Shown: positions 51,934 through 63,662 of the stretch, piece by piece
How positions within the stretch are numbered: position 1 is the stretch's first letter
Layout of the letters: each line of letters opens with the position of its first letter
From: Malacoraja senta
Lineage: Eukaryota
Direction: 5' to 3'
Length of the DNA stretch: 64,000 bases
Assembly (NCBI GenBank): GCA_038087875.1
Contig: CM075987.1
Coordinates: 24,492,001-24,556,000, forward strand
Notes under the pieces: generated by a model
Told to the model about the DNA's origin: nothing
What the model saw: the letters and a program-made list of their open reading frames with translations, nothing else
The model's database searches: none
Translations under genes and position numbers: made by a program

Positions 51934-52856
51934 TAATATCCTTTGGTAATATCAGTTATGTAGAAGGTCAAATATTTCCTCTGAGATCAGTATTACAAAT
52001 AATTCTATTTTACTCTCCTCGCTGCTGTTATATTTCTTCTTGTTGGGGATCAGTTTTATACAAGGAATCGAGTGAAGTTCAGCTGATTCATCAAATGGAT
52101 AGTCCTCAATTCACCATTATTCTACTGACAAACCTATACAATTAAGTCGCCTATTCTTCGGTTTTCTTGCCTACAATTTATGAATCTATTTTCTCCATGA
52201 TAACAAATACCATGTCACGATGCCAAAATACTCTCAATGCATTTTACTCAGCCCTTTTATTGTTGTATGAAATTTTGTTCAAGAATGTTTTCCAGGAAAG
52301 CATCCCATTCCTGAGTCACGGGATGGCTGTATTGAGCGGCAAGATTGTTGCCGTCGGTAACCCAAACATTTTCACTTCTCCATTGGCCGAGGCCTTCAAG
52401 GATCGTTGGAAAGATACATCAACCTTGCAATCACGTTGAGATGAACCCAAGAGTAACATCAGAGAGAAATTATATTTCAAGGAACAAATGCTGTGAAGAT
52501 TTAGGTCCCATCTACACCAGTCCCACCTGCCTGGGTTTGGCCAATTTCCCTCCAAATCTGCCCTATCCATGCTCCAAATTCTGCTTTCCATTGAATGTTG
52601 ATATTAACCACATGATTTTGAGCATATTTGTAATCTAACCCTATACCAGGGTGGCACAGCGACGCAGCGGTAGAGTTGCTGTCTAACAGTGCCAGAGACC
52701 CAGGTTCGATCCTGCGATATGATCACTAATGTTAGGACAGAGCTAGCGTGATCGATGGTCGGCACAGACTCGGTGGGCCGAAGGGCCTGTTTCCATGCTG
52801 CACCTCATAAACTAAAAACAAAAAAATCTAAAAGCAAAAACTAAACTAAACTAAAG

Positions 52857-53058
52857 AAAGACACAAAATGCTGGAGTAACTCAGCGGGACGGGCAGCATC
52901 TCTGGAGAGAAGGAATGGGTGACGTTTCGGGTCGAGACCCTTCTTCAAACTAAACCTGAAACCAGTCTGAAGAAGGGTTTTGGCCCGAAACGTTGCCTAT
53001 TCCCTTCGTTCCATAGATGCTGCCGCACCCGCTGAGTTTCTCCAGCATTTTTGCCTAG
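52857..53058. mobile_element. Penelope-derived fold-back element with hammerhead motifs on both strands
   Basis: Minus-strand motif at 52921-52947 and plus-strand CTGAAGAAGGGTTTTGGCCCGAAACGTT at 52967-52994. Confidence 0.75.
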
Positions 53059-53659
53059 CTTAAACTAAACCTGATTTCCAGCCAGTGGCAGTTTCTGCGC
53101 AGCATGACTGATCGGTGGCAACCATTATCCGAGCCATCCTGCCTGTCTGCAGCTCACCCTCGCGTGAAATTCCAGAGCAGATAAACTCATGACCAGCTTC
53201 AATGGGACACAATGCAAATTGCAATCAATGGAATTTCTACTCCTTTGTTGAACAGCCCTTGATGGGATCTGACAGCCCGCACAATGAAATGTTCGTAGTC
53301 CCGGGCCGCTAGCAGTTTCCCTTTGATGTGTTGGGACCTTTCAGCCACACGTTATTGAAATGTATCCATTCTGTGCACGTGTCCACCCCTCTTCATTGGA
53401 CATTAACTGCCTCTCAGCTATATTCACTGACAAGCCAGTCAACCTTGCTATGGGCAGAAGGAATTTATACGTATCAGGAGAGAGGAATAAAAGGGAAGCA
53501 AATGACGAAGACCCCCACACAAAGAGGAAAAAGAGGAGAGATGATTCTTTTCATTCTGTGGCTCCTATTGTTTGGGACTGAGTGAGAGTTGTGTGCGGGC
53601 TGCTGGAATGCTTCCATTGACCATTGCCTGACCATTGCGACTGGGATTGTGCTGGCCCA

Positions 53660-53952
53660 GCAGTAGAGTTGCAGCCTTGCAGCGCCAGAGACCCGGGTTC
53701 GATCCTGATTACGGGTGCTTGCCCGTACGGAGTTTGTACGATCTCCCCGTGACCTGCGTGGGTTTTCCCCGAGATCTTCCGTTTCCTCCCACACTCCAAA
53801 GACGGACAGGTTTGTAGGTTAATTGACTTCGGTAAAAAATGTTAAAATTGCCCCACGTGCAGGATAGTGTTGGTGTGCGGGGATCGCTGGTCGGTGCGGA
53901 CTCGGTGGGCCCAAGGGACCTGTTTCCGCGCTGTATCTCTAAACTAAACTAA
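53660..53952 (+). mobile_element. V-SINE
   Basis: B box, V domain and tail. Confidence 0.85.
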
Positions 53953-54002
53953 GACTGAGAAGCAATGTTAGAATTAGGGCCAGCAACACAGTATCACTGA
54001 AG

Positions 54003-54202
54003 GTACACAAAAATGCTGGAGAAACTCAGCGGGTGCAGCAGCATCTATGGAGCGAAGGAAATAGGCAACGTTTCGGGCCTAAACCCTTCTTCAGACCGAA
54101 ACGTTGCCTATTTCCTTCGCTCCATAGATGCTGCTGCACCCGCTGAGTTTCTCCAGCATTTTTGTGTACCTTCGATTTTCCAGCATCTGCAGTTCCTTCT
54201 TT
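54003..54202 (+). mobile_element. Young Penelope-derived fold-back element with 18-bp TSD
   Basis: AACACAGTATCACTGAAG at 53985-54002 and 54203-54220. Near-perfect inverted arms. Confidence 0.85.
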
Positions 54203-54366
54203 AACACAGTATCACTGAAGTATAGTATCAGAGAGCTGAAACAAGGCTTGGGATGTTTGCTGGCAGTGAGGATGGGTTATGGGAGTGGGGTTGAGGATGG
54301 AGACTGATAAGCAACAAATGGCATGAAATTGGAAGAGGGTTTGGCAAACAGTTGGTGGATTGAGGA

Positions 54367-55435
54367 ATGACACAAAATGCTGGAGTAACTCAGCGGGACA
54401 GGCAGCATCTCTGGAGAGAAGGAATGGGTGACGTTTCGGGTCAAGTCCCTCCTTCGGGCTGAGTCTGGGGAGAGGGCGACGAGGGGTATGGTAGGGAAAG
54501 GTGTGAAAATGACTGATCAAAGCAGACAATGTTCAAGGAAATGTAGTTTAAGAAGGAACTGCAGATGCTGGAAAATCGAAGGAAGACAAAAGTGCTGGAG
54601 AAACTCAGCGGGTGCGGCAGCATCTATGGAGCGAAGGAAATAGGCAACGTTTCGGGCCGAAACGTTGCCTATTTCCTTCGCTCCATAGATGCTGCTACAC
54701 CCACTGAGTTTCTCCAGCACCAAAGATCCTATAGCGGAGCAAGATAGACCACTCCTGCTAATTGCAATGGGCTGACGTGTAGTGAGCAACGGAGCGGAAC
54801 GTGGGCCTTTTTTTCATCCATTTCCGTAACCCGACCCGACCCGACTCGCAGTGTAATCAACGTTGCGGGGGAACAGTTTGTGTTAATAAATGATAATTCT
54901 GAAAATGAGGAGAAGATTTTTACCAAAGAACCTTTATTTTTACGAGGATGTTTCCATAACCGGCTTCCGTCTCCGCACTAGTATCTTTGCTCCGCTACGG
55001 GATCTCTGGTGCGGAGACGGAAGCCGGTTACGGAAATGGGGCCGAAAATTACCCGTGAATCTGCCCATGACCGTACTACGTCTTTTTCGTCGAGTGGGCT
55101 ATCTTGCTCGCTATAGGGTCTTTGTCCAGCACTTTTGTCTACCTTCAAGGAAATGTAGAATGGTTCATTGTTAGCTGAGGGGAAGGTGACAATGAGGTGT
55201 ACAATCAGTAAAATATGTCAAATTAATCAGGAGGACAGTGAAACTAGTCAGAGAGGGACGGAGAGAGAGGGAAATCAGGGGTTACTCGATGTTAGAGAAA
55301 ATAATATTCATCCCGCTGGGTTGTAAGCTACCCGAGTGAAATATAAGGTGCTGTTCCTCCAATTTGCGTTAGGCCTCACTTTGACAGTGGAGGAGGCCCA
55401 GGACAGAAAGGTCAGTGTGGGAATGGGAGGGGAAG
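54367..55435 (-). mobile_element. Penelope-like element 3' end (GIY-YIG C-terminus plus pLTR) with nested insertions
   Basis: PSHSHTDLSVLGLLHCQSEA*RKLEEQHLIFHSGSLQPSGMNIIFSN at 55285-55432. Confidence 0.82.
54721..55124. mobile_element. 404-bp MITE with ~34-bp TIRs and 8-bp TSD (hAT or P superfamily)
   Basis: caaagatcctatagcggagcaagatagaccactc / gagtgggctatcttgctcgctatagggtctttg. TSD TCCAGCAC at 54713-54720 and 55125-55132. Confidence 0.88.
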
Positions 55436-55735
55436 TTTTGGTTTAGGTTTGGAGCTATAGCGCGGAAACAGGCCCTTCGACCCACCGAGTCCGCGCTGAC
55501 CAGTGATCCCCGCACACCAACACTATCCGACACACACTAGGGACAGTTTACAATGACACCAAGCCAATTAACCCACAAACCTGTACGTCTTTGGAGTGTG
55601 GGAGGAAACCGAAGATCTCGGAGAAAACCAGGCGGTCACGGGGAGAACGTGCAAACTCCGTACAGACAGCACCCGTAGTCGGATTCGAACCCGAGTCTCT
55701 GACGCTGTAAGGCAGCAACTCTACTGCTGTGCCAC
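55436..55735 (-). mobile_element. V-SINE, full length
   Basis: A/B boxes, V domain and tail. Confidence 0.87.
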
Positions 55736-55949
55736 ACTCCAGCATTTTGTGGCTGGATAAAGTGTTTGGCAACTAAAGTCACCTGGCAATGTTAGAATGA
55801 GAGTTGGTAGAGGATTAGCTCCACAGAGTGTTAGGTTGTAGATTGTCATCGAGGTTGGATTGCAGATGGATAATATGGTTAAATTGTGAGCTGAGAAAAG
55901 AGGGAGTGGATCTGGAGAATTAGCAAAAGGGTTTGTATAATGATTATGG

Positions 55950-56297
55950 ACACCAAAAGCTGGAGTAACTCAGCGGGTCAGGCAGCATCTCTGGAGAGAA
56001 GGAATGGGTGACATTTCAGGTCGAGACCCTTCTTCAGCCTCGTGGTCACTTTCCCCTCAGCTAACAATGTACCATTCTACATTTCTTTGAACATCGTCCC
56101 CTTTGATCTGTGTTTTCACACCTTACCCTTCCATATCTCTGTGTCTCCCCCTCCCCTGACTCTCAGTCTGAAGAAGGGTCCCGACCCAAAACGTCACCCA
56201 TTTCTTCTTTCCAGAGATGCTGCCTGTCCGGCTGAGTTACTCCAGCATTTTGTGTCTATCTTCGGTTTAAACCAGCATCTGCAGTTCCTTCCCACAC
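55950..56297 (+). mobile_element. Penelope 3' end with 5' inverted pLTR segment
   Basis: Inverted arm at 55950-56038, then a direct pLTR with CTGAAGAAGGGTCCCGACCCAAAACGTC. Confidence 0.75.
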
Positions 56298-56986
56298 ATT
56301 TATGTAATGATTAGTTGTGGGTTTGGGCGAAGGTCTGGTAGAAACATTAATGCAAACCCTTTCGTTACCTATTCAGGGGATGGGAGCCTCTTTGGGAAGT
56401 TGGCAAGCTACCCAGAGGAAACCCACATGGTCACAAGGAGAAATACGTAGGAAGGAACTGCAGAGGCTGGTATTAACCGAAGATAGACACAGAAAGCTTG
56501 GGTATCTCAGCGGGTCAGGCAGCATCTCTGGAGAAAAGGTTTGAAGAAGGGTCTCGACCCAAAACGTCACCTATTCATTTCCCCCAGAGATGCTGTCTGA
56601 CCTGCTGAGTTACTCCAACTGTTGGTGTCTATCTTTGGCCACCAGGAGAATGTGCAAACTCCACACAGAAAGCAGCCGAGGTCAGGATGGAAGCCAGGTC
56701 TCTGGCGATGTGCGGCAGCAGCTCTACCAGCTCGGCGCCTGCTTATTGTAATAACAATATTATTGCCCATTCCATCGTTTTATATATTTGGAAACTGCGA
56801 TGGATCTAGTTGCCCTGAGCTACATTTCATCACAGAACCCCTGTTGAAACATGTTTTTAACAAACATGGTTTGTGCTCATTTAATCAGACTTCAAATCAT
56901 TGCTGTAGCTCACCTTATTAACCTTCAGAGTTATTTCAGACTTTCATCCGCAAGTTCCACATAGTCAAGAAGTCATCGAGTGACTC

Positions 56987-57415
56987 TAGTTTAGAGATAC
57001 AGCGTGGAAACAGGTCCTTCGGCCCAACGTGCCCACACCAGCCAACATGTCCCATCTACACTAGTCCTACCTGCCTGCGTTTGGCCCATATCCCTCCAAA
57101 CCTGTCCTATCCATGTACCCGTCTGAATGTTTCTTAAACGTTGCGATAGTCCCTGCCTCAACTACCTCCTCCGGCAGTTCGTTCCATACACCCACCACCC
57201 TTTGAGTGAAAAAGTCCCCCTCAGGTTCCTATTCAATCTTTCCCCTTCACTTTAAACCTATGACGTCTTGTTCTCGATTCCACTTCTCTGTGTAAGAGAC
57301 TCTGTGCGTCTGCCCGATCTATTCCTCTCATGATTTTGTACAGCTCCGGAAGATCACCCCTCATCCTCCTGTGCTCCAAGGAATAGAGTCCCAGCCTGCT
57401 CAACCTCCCCTGATA
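56987..57415 (-). mobile_element. CR1 LINE 3' fragment, continuing at 60769-60930
   Basis: RLSRLGLYSLEHRRMRGDL.... 3' tail very similar to the V-SINE tail. Confidence 0.85.
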
Positions 57416-58550
57416 CAGGGCTGCCAACTCTCACGCTTTCAGCGTGAGAATCACGCCTTGGAGCAAATTCTCACGCCCTCACGCTCATGACCGAGTTCTC
57501 ACGCTGAGTTCGGTCCCTGCACAGTTTGTCCCTTTGCGCCGCGTGCCAGGGATCTGCACGGTCTGGGGAAGCGCGTCGGTTGCCGGCTGTGAGTGACGTC
57601 GCGTCTCTTCTCTCTTGGTTGGATGTGCAGCCGCCGGCCGGGTGTCAGCAGCTCTATGTGCCGGCTGTGAGCGCTGCGCTGCCGGCCGCCGCTGTAGTCT
57701 CGCTCCCTCCCTCCCTCCCTCCCTCCCTCCCTCCTGCCCTTCAACTCACAAGGCAGCGCCAGCCCCGACAATCCACGCTGCACCGTGCCCGCCAGACTCA
57801 CCATTGGGCGGCCGGGGAGAGAGAGGGAGGGGGGAAAGAGAGAGAGAGAGAGAGTGAAAAAAAGGGAGGGATGGAGGCAAAGAGAGACAGGGGAGGGAAT
57901 GTAGAAAGGGGATGAAGGAAGGAAAGGAGAAAGGGGAGAAAGAGGGAGGGGGAGGAAAGAGGGAAGGATGGGGGCAGGAGGGAGGAAGGGGTGGATGGAG
58001 GGAGGGGGAAGAAAAGGTGTGTGTGTGTGTGTGCTTGTGTGTCTGTCTCCCTGTGTGTGTCTCCTTGTGTGTGTGTGTCTCCCTGTGTGTGTGTGTCTCC
58101 CTGTGTGTCTCCCTGTGTGTGTGTGTGTCTCCCTGTGTGTGTGTCTGTGTGTGTGTGTGTCTCCTTGTGTGTGTGTGTCTCCCTGTGTGTGTGTGTCTCC
58201 CGTGTGTGTGTGTCTGATGTGTGTGTGTGTCTCCCTGTGAGTGTGTGTCTCCCTGTGAGTGTGTGTGTGTGTGTGTGTGTGTCTCGTGTGTGTGTGTCTC
58301 CCTGTGTGTGTGTGTCTCCCTGTGTGTCTCCCTGTGTGTGTGTGTGTCTCCCTGTGTGTGTGTGTCTGTGTGTGTGTGTGTCTCCTTGTGTGTGTGTCTC
58401 TCCCTGTGTGTGTGTGCCTGTGTGTGTGTGTGTGTCTCCCTGTGAGTGTGTGTCTCCCTGTGTGTGTGTGTCTCCCTGTGTGTGTGCATGTCTGTGTGTG
58501 TGTGTGTCTCCCCGTGTTTGTTGTTTGCCTCCCTGTGTGTGTGTGTGTGT

Positions 58551-58639
<89 letters not shown>

Positions 58640-58655
58640 TCCCAGTGTGTGTGTG

Positions 58656-58687
<32 letters not shown>

Positions 58688-58721
58688 TGTTTGTGTGTGT
58701 GTGCGTGTGTGCGTGTGTGCG

Positions 58722-58816
<95 letters not shown>

Positions 58817-60768
58817 TTCCTTTGTGTATGTGTCTCCCTGTGTGTCTGTTGTCACATCCTGGCCTTAGACAGGGCTGCCAACTCTCACACTTTGAGCGTG
58901 AGAGTCACGCATATCAGCCAATGCTCACGCTGATGACAGAATTCTCACGCTGTCTTCAGTCCCTGCACAGCTTGTCTCTATTGCGCCACATCACAGCGAT
59001 CTGTACAGTCTGGGGAAGCGCGTCAGTTGGCGACTGTGAGTGACGTTGCATCTCTTCTCTTCTCTTCTTTCTTGGTTGGATGTGCAGCCGCTGACAACAT
59101 GAAGCAGCCGGCGATAGAACTAACCAGGTGAATTGGTTGTAAAACATGGGGGGGACCACAATGAGGCCAAACATCTAGGACAGGGTTCGGCAACCTACGG
59201 CACACGGGCCGAATCCGGCCCGTAAGCCGAAAAAACGCGTTTTGTTTTCAATTCGTTTTCGCGGGGTCGGAGCAGGCAAGCCAACCTGAGAACTGCAGCC
59301 AGTCCCTGGGACGCGAGCTGATCTGGGAACGGCAGCCAGTCCCTGGGCACGCAGAATGCCAACTTGATCATTATGGACAAATTGGGCCAGCCATGTACAT
59401 GTTGTATAACTCTGACTCTATGCAGATCTGAATGGGCTTAGAATGACCATTTAAGCAAAATTGCCCTCACTTTCCCCATTTTGATTCTTGAGATTAATAT
59501 CCCTTTGCTCTGTTAACAGCGTTAAAGTACTTATGAGGTAGAGTCAGGAAAGGGAACATGTTATTTTCTTTTAGTTTGCTTTAATTTGTTAGTTGATTTT
59601 TTGTTGACTGCCATAATTTCTGAAATGGTCTTAATGTAACTTAACTGTTATAAAGCAGTAATAAGTGATTTTTGTCCAAACAATTGGAACTTGCATAAAA
59701 TGTTTGCATTATTAGCAGGGCTGCCAACTCTCACGCATTAAGCGTGAGACTCACGCATTTCACAAAACTCTCATGCTCTCACGCTGATCACAACATTATA
59801 TAATGAGAATAGGACCTGTTTTGCTTAACAAATAGTGTAGGAAGGAATTGCAGATGCTGGTTTAAACTGAAGATAGACACTAAAAACTAGAAAAACTCAG
59901 CAGGACAGGCAGCATCTCTGGAGAGAAAGAATGGGTGATGTTTCGAGTCGAGACCTTCAGCCTGAAGAGGTTGAAAACCAGCCATAAAACACAATGACTG
60001 GGCATGTGTGTTATCCAACTAAGGGCAGAAATCAGAACCATGTGTTCATCACGTGACACATAATAAATATATTACAGAAAAAATATTTAATGGGGTGGCA
60101 CGGAGGCGCAGTGGTAGAGTTGCGGCCTTACTACCACATGGGTTTTCTCTGGGTATTCCGGTTTCTCCCATATCCGAAAGAAGTGCAGGTTTGTAGGTTA
60201 ATTGGCTTCTGTAAATTGTCCCTGGCGTGATGGATGGAATTGGTGTATGATAGATTGCTGGTCGTGTGGACTTTGTGGGCGGAAGGGCCTGTTTCCATAC
60301 ATATTTTTACATATATATCTTAATTTCATTGAACATATATGATTGAATACGTGGCATTATTTGTGCAGAACAGTGATGGAAGTCCGACTTTTGCTTTGTT
60401 TCTCTGAGTTTTTCTCTCTATATATATATACATAACAGCATGAATATAATCTGATTTCCATATATGAATACAGACATTCATGTGCTGCACCTGTTGATCA
60501 GAGCCTGGCTCTATTGTGGAATGTAATTAGGAATGTAATTTAGCCTAACCTTATTCATACCTAATCCAATTTAAAGCATAAATGTTGCATTCAAATGCAA
60601 GTTAAAAGACTCGCTACAGTATGCACCAGATTGCACAATTTCAAGCTGAAAAATGCAAAAGCTATAGGAGGGGTACACCCCCCTCCCACACCCTCCCCTC
60701 CCCCCCCCGGTAACTACGCTCCCTCGCAATTTCTCACTCTCAACTCTCACCCAATGTTGGCAGCCCTG
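57416..60768. mobile_element. Composite non-autonomous hAT-like DNA transposon (3.35 kb)
   Basis: TIR cagggctgccaac ... gttggcagccctg, flanked by the duplication cctgata, interrupting a CR1. Confidence 0.75.
58016..58848. repeat. Compound (GT)n microsatellite with ctccct interruptions
   Basis: Direct inspection. Confidence 0.95.
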
Positions 60769-61417
60769 CCTGATAGATCAGGCCTTCAATTAATGGCAAC
60801 ATCCTCGTTAATCTTCTCTGCACCCTTTCCAGCTTGACAGCATCTTTCCTATAACACGGTGCCCAGAACTGAACACAATACTCTAAATGCGGCCTCACCA
60901 ACGTCTTATATAACTGCAAGTTATACCTTCCAACTTCTCCAACTCAATGAATGATTAACATTGAAATATATATATATATATATATATATATTTCATTCTT
61001 GGTCTCGTCTGTGATTCTGAGCAATTGCAGTCACACGGGAAAAGTGCAAAAATGTAAATCTCATGCAATGGCCAAATTGTGTTGCCAGGCTATCTGCTTG
61101 TGTGAGTGTATTATGGCTCCGTTCTCAGCTTGGAGCTGCATCAATGCTCCAAGATCTTTCAATGGGGAGATAAAAATCAGAGTTAATCATGGCGTAGCCA
61201 ATATGCTGAGCCTTTGGCTGGATTGGCATAATAAATCAAGTACTTATGAGCAATTATGGAATTAGATTCCATGCACAGAGAAAAACTGCAAAGCTCTGGT
61301 GAAATGGTTATGGTGCTTCATAGGGGCTTTAATGTTTATTTTATTCATTCATAGTCTCTGTGTAGTACGGTGGCGCAGCGGTAGAGTTGCTGCCTTACAG
61401 CGCCAGAGACCCGGGTT

Positions 61418-61935
61418 CTTGCCATAGAGGGAGTACAGAGAAGGTTCACCAGACTGATTCCTGGGATGTCAGGACTATCACATGAAGAAAGACTGGATAG
61501 ACTCGGCTTGTACTCGCTAGAATTTAGAAGATTGAGGGGGGATCTTATAGAAACTTACAAAATTCTTAAGGGGTTGGACAGGCTGGATGCAGGAAGATTG
61601 TTCCCGGTGTTGGGGAAGTCCAGAACAAGGGGTCACAGTTTAAGGATAAAGGGGAAATCTTTTAGGACTGAGATGAGAAAAACATTTTTCACACAGACAG
61701 TGGTGAATCTCTGGAATTCTCTGCCACAGAAGGTAGTTGAGGCCAGTTCATTGGCTATATTTAAGAGGGAGTTAGATGTGGCCCTTGTGGCTAAAGGGAT
61801 CAGGGGGTATGGAGAGAAGGCAGGTACGGATACTGAGTTGGATGATCAGCCATGATCATATTGAATGGCGGTGCAGGCTCGAAGGGCCGAATGGCCTACT
61901 TCTGCACCTATTTTCTATGTTTCTATGTTTCTATG
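61418..61935 (+). mobile_element. CR1 LINE 3' fragment
   Basis: LAIEGVQRRFTRLIPGMSGLSHEERLDRLGLYSLEFRR. Confidence 0.9.
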
Positions 61936-62204
61936 ACCCTGACTACGGGCACTGTCTGTACGGAGTTAGTACGTTCTCCCTGTGACCTGCGTGGTTTTTC
62001 TCTGAGGTAGACAAAAGTGCTGGAGAAACTCAGCGGTGCGGCAGCATCTATGGAGCGAAGGAAATAGGCAACCTTTCGGGCCGAAACCCTTCTTCAGACT
62101 GATATCTCCGGTTTCCTCCCACACCCCAAAGACGTACAGGTTTGTAGGTCAATTGGCTTGGTAAAATTGTAAATTATCCCGAGTGTGTGTGGGATAGTGT
62201 TAGT

Positions 62205-62497
62205 CTATTTTAAATTATTTCAAAATAGACTTTATTCAGGTAATAAATATATACAATACATGAACTGTGCAAAAAATTAATCCGACATTTTCGGAGGCTC
62301 TACATTCAACACTGTTTACACACATTGCTGAAATTTCACAAATTTATCCCCCCACCTTTGCCACTCGTGTGGCCCACTGGCGTGGAATCCCTTCCCTTAT
62401 TTTGAGGGGCGTCTCCACCACACCCTGCCCCCGTGTCCAGCAGCGGAAGGGGCCTAGACTGTGGTCCTCCCCCACCGAGCCTTGGCGTTGGCTGCGT
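62205..62497 (-). mobile_element. Probable Tx1/L1-like LINE 3' end
   Basis: Minus strand encodes AANAKARWGRTTV*, followed by a UTR with aataaagtctattttgaaat and an A-rich end. Clade assignment is from recall. Confidence 0.55.
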
Positions 62498-62902
62498 GAG
62501 GGGCTCGCCAGTTGGCGCGGACCCGGTGGGCTCAAGGTCCTGATTCCGCGCTGTATCGCTGAACTAAACTAAATGCCCTTGAGAAAGTGGTGGTGAGCCC
62601 CAATATAGTATACTTTTGTTTAGAGACACAGCAGAGAAACAGACCTTTCGGCCCATTGGGCCCACACTGACCATCGATCACTAGTTCTATGTTATCCCAC
62701 ATTTGAATCCACTCCCTATACTCTCAGGGAAATTTACAGAGGCCAAAGGGCCAATCGGCCTCCTTAGGCACCTATTTTCTATGTTTCTTTGTTAATTGAT
62801 CGACAAACCCGCAGGTCCTTGGGATGTGGAATGAAACGGAGCATCTGTTGGAAACCCATGTGGTCACAGGAAGAACATTCAAACTTCATGCAGAGAGCAC
62901 CT

Positions 62903-63217
62903 TTTAGTTTAGAGATACAGTGTAGAAACAGGCCCTTCGGCCCACCGAGTCCACGCTGACCAGCGATCCCCGCATATTAACGTTATCCTACACACAGTAG
63001 GGACAATTTACACATTTACACCAAGCCAATACATCTACACACCTGTACGTCTTTGGAGTGTGGGAGGAAACCGAAGATCTCGGAGGAAACCCACGCGGTC
63101 ACGGGGAGAACGTACAAACTCCGTACAGACAGCACCCGAGGGTCGGGATCGAACCAGGGTCTCGGCGTTGCAAGCGCTGTAAGGCAGCCACTCTACCGCT
63201 GCGCCACCGTGCCGCCC
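62903..63217 (-). mobile_element. V-SINE, full length
   Basis: A/B boxes, V domain and tail. Confidence 0.88.
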
Positions 63218-63462
63218 TCTGAGGTTGGGATCGAACCCAAGTCTCTGACGCTGTGAGGTGGTAGTTCTACCAGCTGCACCCCCTGCCCCTCCCTACTTGA
63301 ACTGCCATTTTAGACTTTATTACACTTTCAATCTAAAACTGAGTTAAATATTGTAAATATTCTTCCTGCCTTCACCGAGCATCTCAGGAAGATTGTCAAG
63401 GAGAAAGTCCAAGAGCCTCCATGTACAGGATGTGCAGGAAGGGACTTGCGGATGCTGGTTTA

Positions 63463-63662
63463 NNNNNNNNNNNNNNNNNNNNNNNNNNNNNNNNNNNNNN
63501 NNNNNNNNNNNNNNNNNNNNNNNNNNNNNNNNNNNNNNNNNNNNNNNNNNNNNNNNNNNNNNNNNNNNNNNNNNNNNNNNNNNNNNNNNNNNNNNNNNNN
63601 NNNNNNNNNNNNNNNNNNNNNNNNNNNNNNNNNNNNNNNNNNNNNNNNNNNNNNNNNNNNNN
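63463..63662. other. Assembly gap (200 N); the downstream sequence repeats 60960-61299
   Basis: 63663-64000 is near-identical to 60960-61299, differing by small indels. Confidence 0.95.

Larger units (their letters stand above)
61367..62572 (+). mobile_element. V-SINE split by three insertions (CR1, Penelope pLTR piece, Tx1/L1)
   Basis: SINE pieces at 61367-61417, 61936-62003, 62101-62203 and 62498-62572 are colinear. Confidence 0.78.

Noticed and set aside
57746..59043. 350-369 aa His/Thr and Cys/Val ORFs
   Set aside because: Microsatellite translations.
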